From an uncultured virus (IMG/VR IMGVR_UViG_3300027151_000003) (Duplodnaviria; Heunggongvirae; Uroviricota; Caudoviricetes), in IMG/VR virus record IMGVR_UViG_3300027151_000003: a DNA stretch of 64,000 nt, one strand, 5' to 3'. The notes below the pieces were generated by a model that saw nothing but the letters and a program-made list of their open reading frames with translations, was not told where the DNA came from and ran no database searches. This document shows, in pieces, positions 58,377 through 64,000 of the stretch. Position numbers and translations under genes: made by a program. Numbering within the stretch: the stretch's first letter is position 1; each line of letters begins with the position of its first letter.

Positions 58377-61165
58377 TGGCACGTTATGGTCTTGATTACT
58401 ATAGTAGTTTAGATTTTCCTCTAAGCTACTACGGTCCCGATTCTCCGCTTTCATTTGTAGCCGAAGACTTACAAGCTCTTTCTACTTCCTATGGAAAGAT
58501 TACTTTGTCATGGACTACTCCTGTTGGAGCCTGGGCTAAACTCAAGATTGTAAGAAACAAATACGGATTCCCTGTAAATATTACAGACGGTTTAACAGTG
58601 TTTGACACTACTCGCGGATTAGACCCTCAGTTTTTTGATGACACGCTTCCAGCCACCGAACCAAGAATCTTTTACTACTCACTTTTTGTACTAGAAACAA
58701 CACAGCTTCAATGGGTAAATGCTGGACGCGTTTCTGGTCTGTCTGTTTTTAATTACAATATGCGAACAAAGTTATACGACTACGTACCAGAAGTTATGAA
58801 GCTAACACAGCCATACACAGCCAATTCTGGAACAGACAACGCTGACCTAAGAAATTTCCTAAGTCTTTTTGGGTTCCAATTTGATTATATTAAGTCTCTT
58901 GCTCAGATATCTAGAGAAAAATATAACCCAGAAAAAACTCCTGGCGTACTTTTATCCCCACTTTTAACTCAGTTTGGAATTAACTACGAGCCTGAAATTG
59001 GCTTTGAACGTTCACGTGTTCTACTAAGAGATGCGCTTATTGTACAGAAGTCAAAGGGAAGCCGTGACGGTCTTCGTAACTATGTTCGTGGGTTTACTGG
59101 TTGGGGAGTCATTGAAAACAAAGACGCTACCGTTTCTAATCCTCCAATTGAGGGTGTTCAGGTAAGCCACAACATTTTACTTGATTACAACGACGCCTCT
59201 TTTGAAGAGGGCATTGGTCACTGGGTATCCCCAAACTCTAGCGCTACGTTATCTCAAGTTGCTAGAAAAGATATTAATGAAGTTGCAGTTGTTAGTAATA
59301 CAGGTCGCCTATTTATTGGAACACACGGCTATAAAGTTGGAATGAAAATTTTTATCTTTAATGTGCCGTACCCTATATTTAATAAAACAGTTACGTCTGT
59401 AGCTATTACAGCTGTAGATGCTGATTCTATCTCTTACTCTTTAACTTCATCTGACGTGTCTAGACGTAATGCTTACAACTATGCAATCAATGAAGCCCCG
59501 TACATCCTTCCACAACCAGAGCCTTGGGTTGAAGCAACAACCCCAACCTTGTTCCCTAATAAAAGAAAAGGCCTGCTGGCTGTAAAAAACGCAATTGATG
59601 CAACTGCTGAGGTAACTATATCTTGCGGAGATAACAACCCAGTTACTGATGGCGTCCCTGTTAGCAGCGGTCAAACCTACACTTTTAGTTTTTACAGTGG
59701 TTCTAACTTAAACTCTCGTTCTATGCAGGCAGCAGTAAAATGGTATGACCGCTTTGGTGTTTTAATCCAAACCTCTACTGGTAATTCGGCAAGCAATACT
59801 GTCGGGTCACTTGGCGCTCGTCCATTTGTAACGGACGTTGCTCCTACAAAACTATTTTTAAATGCTATTACTAGTGGTGGAACTGGGTACGGTAACGGCT
59901 CTTTTACTAACGTTCCCCTTACTTATGTGTCTGGAAAACAACCTACCATTACTCCTTTAGCAAACGTATTTATTAGCGGAGGTGTTGTAGTCTCTGCATC
60001 TATCCCTAACGGTGGAGCTGGTGCTGATACAACCACAGTCTTTACTATTAATAACTCATTACTTGGTGGAACAGGTTCTGGTCTTCTACTATCTGTACAG
60101 AAAGCTCAAGAGTGTTACTACGCTGTCCCACAGGTTATTATCTCAAGCGTTGGCGCAAGCTCTTTAAACGAGTATCACTTCTTTGATGCCGCTCAGTTTG
60201 AGAAATCAGCTACTGTAACTTCCTACGATGATGCTAGAAATGTTCATTTAACTTTTAAAGCAAATAGAATTAATGAGCTTATCAACCCTAGGTTTGAATC
60301 ACCTACAACTCCATGGTCTGTAACTAACTCTACCGCTACAGTTGTAAGCGGCTCAGCAGAGCCTAACATTGATTTTTACAGTGTTACAAGTAAACAATTA
60401 ACTAGTAATGTAGCAACCCTTATTACAAACACAGTACACACATACAAATCTAGCGACGTTGTTGTTATTACAAACATGGGTGCACCATTTGACGGAGTAA
60501 AGACTTTACTATCTGCTGGTGATAACGAGTTAACATATGCTGCAACTGGTACAAACGTACCTGCTACAGCAGTTACATCAGGTGAGGTTTACAAATCTGG
60601 AAACGCATTTAGAGTCACCTCTTCAGGTACTACTCAAGTTTTAATTAAGTCAACTACAACATCAGCTGACCTTATGGGAATCTACTACCCTGAGACAGCC
60701 TACTCATTTAGTGTGTACGTAAAAGCTGGGCAGACCTCTAACTCTGTAACACCGTCTATTGTTTGGTACAACTCAAGTAAGACAGTAATTAGTACAGCGT
60801 CGGGAAGTGCATTCCCTGTTAACGTTAATAGCTGGACACGGGCTAGTGTTACAGCTGTAGCTCCAGATAACGCAGCTTATGCACATGTGCAGCTTGCTTG
60901 GACACCTTTAGCAACGTCAAACACCCTGTTTACAGACGCTGCTCTATTTGAAAATAGCTTCTTTGTATTAGAATACTTTGACGGCAGCGTAGGCTTTAGC
61001 TCTACAGCTGAGCTCTTCTGGGAAGGCGCTACCCCCAATGCTGGGCGTAGCCACTACTACAAGAACCGTGTTGCAATTGAAAGCCGTATGAACGCAGGAG
61101 CCCTTGACGAGTACGTAGGCCTAGGTGCTTCCTATGCCGTGTATCTTGCTCAACCAAAGACGTAG
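58376..61165 (+). CDS. Baseplate wedge or tail protein I-like with carbohydrate-binding-like modules
   Basis: LRNFLSLFGFQFD, KSKGSRDG, FDAAQFE, NELINPRFE. Confidence 0.75.
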   Translation: MARYGLDYYSSLDFPLSYYGPDSPLSFVAEDLQALSTSYGKITLSWTTPVGAWAKLKIVRNKYGFPVNITDGLTVFDTTRGLDPQFFDDTLPATEPRIFYYSLFVLETTQLQWVNAGRVSGLSVFNYNMRTKLYDYVPEVMKLTQPYTANSGTDNADLRNFLSLFGFQFDYIKSLAQISREKYNPEKTPGVLLSPLLTQFGINYEPEIGFERSRVLLRDALIVQKSKGSRDGLRNYVRGFTGWGVIENKDATVSNPPIEGVQVSHNILLDYNDASFEEGIGHWVSPNSSATLSQVARKDINEVAVVSNTGRLFIGTHGYKVGMKIFIFNVPYPIFNKTVTSVAITAVDADSISYSLTSSDVSRRNAYNYAINEAPYILPQPEPWVEATTPTLFPNKRKGLLAVKNAIDATAEVTISCGDNNPVTDGVPVSSGQTYTFSFYSGSNLNSRSMQAAVKWYDRFGVLIQTSTGNSASNTVGSLGARPFVTDVAPTKLFLNAITSGGTGYGNGSFTNVPLTYVSGKQPTITPLANVFISGGVVVSASIPNGGAGADTTTVFTINNSLLGGTGSGLLLSVQKAQECYYAVPQVIISSVGASSLNEYHFFDAAQFEKSATVTSYDDARNVHLTFKANRINELINPRFESPTTPWSVTNSTATVVSGSAEPNIDFYSVTSKQLTSNVATLITNTVHTYKSSDVVVITNMGAPFDGVKTLLSAGDNELTYAATGTNVPATAVTSGEVYKSGNAFRVTSSGTTQVLIKSTTTSADLMGIYYPETAYSFSVYVKAGQTSNSVTPSIVWYNSSKTVISTASGSAFPVNVNSWTRASVTAVAPDNAAYAHVQLAWTPLATSNTLFTDAALFENSFFVLEYFDGSVGFSSTAELFWEGATPNAGRSHYYKNRVAIESRMNAGALDEYVGLGASYAVYLAQPKT

Positions 61166-61177
61166 TAGGATAGCCCT

Positions 61178-61459
61178 ATGCTAGACCTAATACTCATCGG
61201 ATGCTTTACAGCCTTTCTGCTTGCTGTTATAGAACCTCTAGTTTCTATTCTAAGTATTTTTATTAGTAATAGGGTTACCAATGCTATTTCCTCAATTAGT
61301 TTTTCAAGCATTGCCTGTTGGTTAGTTGAAGTTTCAACTATCAAGGGAGTCGTACTATATGCCGTATCTGGTGCGTTTCTTGGCTCAGCCTTGCTAGCTA
61401 TTGTAGAACGGGTGGCTGTATACAAACCCGCCGTTGTTAACCCGACTAGACCAGAATAA
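61178..61459 (+). CDS. Small multi-TM membrane protein
   Basis: Three hydrophobic segments. Confidence 0.6.
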   Translation: MLDLILIGCFTAFLLAVIEPLVSILSIFISNRVTNAISSISFSSIACWLVEVSTIKGVVLYAVSGAFLGSALLAIVERVAVYKPAVVNPTRPE

Positions 61460-61497
61460 GAAATTGTGTAGTATGGGTCTCCTAACAAGGAGGTCTT

Positions 61498-62169
61498 ATG
61501 GAGAAGTACTTTGTTATCGTAGGTGGTAACGGAGAAACAAGTCGGGCAAATATTGAAGCCCTTATGGAAGATTATTACTATGCAAATGGTAACGAGGGTT
61601 TTTTAGTACTCCCATATAAATTAAAGCCGTCACAAGGCCAAGTCTTTGCTGCCCAGTACGCAAAAGATAAACACAAAGATATTTTAATCTTTGCTCCCGA
61701 GGATGCCACACACGAAGGTATACCCTCGGCAAGCATGAACGTAACTATAAAGCCTTTCGAGGAGGCTGCTTTGAAATTAAAGAGTTCAAAGACCTCTGCC
61801 TTTATCCTGTGGGATGACGAAGACCAAGACTCCCAGCAAATCTTAGCGGTGTGTAAAGAAAATAACGTTCCTTGTTTTGACTTAAGTGACGGACTATCCC
61901 CTATCTCCGCTGCTCCAGATATTAAAGCAATCAGAGAGCCAGAGTTTCCAAAGGAAGAAGTTCTAGAGAAGAAGGAGCCTGAGGTTGTTCAGGAAGAGGA
62001 AGAGGAGGAAGATTACGAAGAAGACGACGAGGATTGGGAAGACGAAGAAGACGAAGTCGAGGATATGGAGAATCTCCATCAAGGAATCGAAGCCATAGCC
62101 CGTATATTTGCCAAGGTCTTTATGGAGGAGATGAAGAAAGATAAGGGCGATGGAACCTCTAAGCCCTAA
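61498..62169 (+). CDS. Hypothetical protein with acidic C-terminus
   Basis: AGGAGG RBS; poly-E/D tract. Confidence 0.75.
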   Translation: MEKYFVIVGGNGETSRANIEALMEDYYYANGNEGFLVLPYKLKPSQGQVFAAQYAKDKHKDILIFAPEDATHEGIPSASMNVTIKPFEEAALKLKSSKTSAFILWDDEDQDSQQILAVCKENNVPCFDLSDGLSPISAAPDIKAIREPEFPKEEVLEKKEPEVVQEEEEEEDYEEDDEDWEDEEDEVEDMENLHQGIEAIARIFAKVFMEEMKKDKGDGTSKP

Positions 62170-63070
62170 AGCCCTAGGTATACTCCTACATATTCGCTCG
62201 TTCGGTGCTCTGCGGGGCGCTGAGGGCCTCTCTGAGGCCTTCCAGACGGGGGTGAAGGTAATCCGCTCAGGGCTGACTGAGCTCCGTTCTAGGGGCTACG
62301 TGGCCCTAGAGAAGGGTAGGGGTCAGGGAGGTCACTACTGGAGTCAGTTGCTAATTACCGAAGAGGGACTAGAGTATCTGTCACGGTATGCCGAAAAGGC
62401 ACCTGGACGGAGTGCCAAAAAGGAACGCGGACCGCATGCCAAAAAAGGCAACTCCATTTCACAGAATAGCAATATAGCTAATTATCCTAATAGTCTATAT
62501 ACAAATTCTTTATTAAAAGAGGGTCCGACGGAGTCGGACCACAATGAAACTTTTGAAACGATGGACCTAAAGATTGGAGAACAGATGTTAGGCGGGGACC
62601 CAATTGACCCTGATGACTTGGCGGATTTAAAAGCAAAGGACCGCGAGCGAAAGCGCCGCGAAAAAACAGAGGCTCGTCAAGGTCGTCATGCAGATAAAGT
62701 TATTGAACTTGCGAGTCGTGATGTTAAGGACTGGACACCTAGCCAAGTCTCTACATACTTTGCGGACCAGATGAAACAAATCTGGCACATTGCTGAGTGG
62801 ACAACCAACCGCTCTGGATTAAATGGCGCCATTGAGTTGCTCCGCGAAAAGCACGGCACCAACGGTGAAGAAGAAAAAACTTTAATTGATAAGTTCTTAT
62901 CAACCATCAAGCACGACAAGAGACTTGACAACCCAGATAAGGTGTGGCGTATGTTTATAAAGAGGGCGCCAGATATGCTTCCCGATATCCGCAGAAGTAG
63001 TAATACTGATGTTGATGTTGCAGCACTTAAGAATGACGCATCTAAATCATGGGAGGGCTTTAATGTATAA
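62150..63070 (+). CDS. Replication initiator-like protein (N-terminal winged HTH)
   Basis: LSPKALGIL...IRSGLTELRSRGYV; upstream of DnaC-like gene; internal iterons. Confidence 0.7.
   Translation: MEPLSPKALGILLHIRSFGALRGAEGLSEAFQTGVKVIRSGLTELRSRGYVALEKGRGQGGHYWSQLLITEEGLEYLSRYAEKAPGRSAKKERGPHAKKGNSISQNSNIANYPNSLYTNSLLKEGPTESDHNETFETMDLKIGEQMLGGDPIDPDDLADLKAKDRERKRREKTEARQGRHADKVIELASRDVKDWTPSQVSTYFADQMKQIWHIAEWTTNRSGLNGAIELLREKHGTNGEEEKTLIDKFLSTIKHDKRLDNPDKVWRMFIKRAPDMLPDIRRSSNTDVDVAALKNDASKSWEGFNV
62383..62520. other. Putative replication origin: three 24-bp-period iterons and an AT-rich tract
   Basis: TGCC(G/A)AAAA(A)GG at 62389, 62413, 62437; AT-rich 62463-62520. Confidence 0.6.
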
Positions 63071-63752
63071 GTTAGGGGAACAAAAAGTTAGACGTCGCTC
63101 CTGGATACAATCTGCTGGTATTCCATACTTGCTTCAAGGTTGGACTTTGGATGATTGCCAACAGTCAGACCCAGAAGACATTAAAAAGATACGTGCTTGG
63201 GTTCAAGCTGTTGCTGATGGCAAAGTAGTACGGGCTGCTGGTAACCCATCATGTGGAAAAGGTCTTCTATTATACGGCAACCCAGGGCGTGGAAAAACTA
63301 CTTTAGCTTTGTCGATTATTCAAGAAATGATGTTAACCCTGCCAATTGAGGCCTTTGACGTAAAGGCTAGCGAGTCATTAATTAGACCTTGTTACTTTAT
63401 GACCTTTAATGATTTCTTAAACCTCAAAGGTTCTATGATGAATGAGCCGACAGATGACCAAGACACCCTCTATCATGGTGTTCTAGGTGAGTCTTTAGCG
63501 GATGCCTACAATATACGTGTATTAGTTTTAGACGATATTGGTAAGGAACATGCGGGTCTCTCTGGGTGGCAAAAGAACATGCTCCATCATCTTTTGCGCA
63601 CTAGATACAACAACGGATTACCAACTATTATTACCACAAACGTAGAACTAAATGATTGGGCAGGCCTCTATGGGGACGCAACAGAGAGTTTCGCAAGGGG
63701 TGCGTTTGCCTATTTACCAGTCGTGTCACAAAGAGGAGACCTACGTAAATGA
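63063..63752 (+). CDS. DnaC/IstB-like AAA+ helicase loader
   Basis: GNPGRGKT, LVLDDIGKE, RYNNGLPTIITTN. Confidence 0.88.
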   Translation: MYKLGEQKVRRRSWIQSAGIPYLLQGWTLDDCQQSDPEDIKKIRAWVQAVADGKVVRAAGNPSCGKGLLLYGNPGRGKTTLALSIIQEMMLTLPIEAFDVKASESLIRPCYFMTFNDFLNLKGSMMNEPTDDQDTLYHGVLGESLADAYNIRVLVLDDIGKEHAGLSGWQKNMLHHLLRTRYNNGLPTIITTNVELNDWAGLYGDATESFARGAFAYLPVVSQRGDLRK

Positions 63753-64000
63753 GGAATACTGTGAATGAAGAGTTCAGACTGGTACAGGTTTTCCTAAGCC
63801 AGACTCAGACCCCAGGTCCAGGAATCTACGAAGTATCAGTTCAAGAAGGAACTGAGAAATTATCTTGTACATGTCCTGGCTTTAAAGGTCGTGCCACTTG
63901 CAAGCATGTTAAGTTTGTAAAGACGCGCATTGAAAATAATAACGGAAACTATCCTCTAGAAATCTCTAGTCGTGCTTCTAAAGACGACGCGGATAAAGCT
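63749..64000 (+). CDS. SWIM zinc-finger protein (partial, runs off the window)
   Basis: CTCPGFKGRATCKH. Confidence 0.75.
   Translation, partial: MRNTVNEEFRLVQVFLSQTQTPGPGIYEVSVQEGTEKLSCTCPGFKGRATCKHVKFVKTRIENNNGNYPLEISSRASKDDADKA

Noticed and set aside
1..64000. Alternative genetic code or stop-codon reassignment
   Set aside because: Long core genes read through intact in code 11, and TAA, TAG and TGA all end genes.

Overview
This 64 kb window is part of a large contractile-tailed (myovirus-like) phage genome. The host is most likely actinobacterial, inferred from a host-type CDxC...FCxHH small protein, a PASTA-like domain and MtrA-like boxes. Layout: (1) 1-5.9 kb, leftward early or accessory small genes, each transcription unit separated by a repeated composite cassette: terminator, ~80 bp long hairpin with conserved GTTTGTGYTGGG...CCCARCACAAAC ends, DnaA box, direct-repeat motif, sigma70-type promoter. 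(2) 6.1-13.8 kb, small basic proteins, an HNH protein, a large membrane-anchored protein and lysis genes. (3) 13.9-19.7 kb, an FN3/Cys/Pro-rich protein ending in a Hint domain, followed by 2OG-Fe(II) oxygenases and a GT60/Gnt1-like glycosyltransferase. (4) 23.9-61.2 kb, the morphogenesis block: TerL, portal, scaffold, major capsid, collagen and Gly-rich fibres, GT2-TPR, sheath, tube, a chaperone with a probable +1 frameshift, tape measure and baseplate. (5) 61.5-64 kb, a replication initiator with internal iterons, a DnaC-like loader and a SWIM protein. The most novel signal is the repeated hairpin/DnaA/MtrA-like cassette array in the early region. All product calls come from motif recognition by eye; no database search was run.
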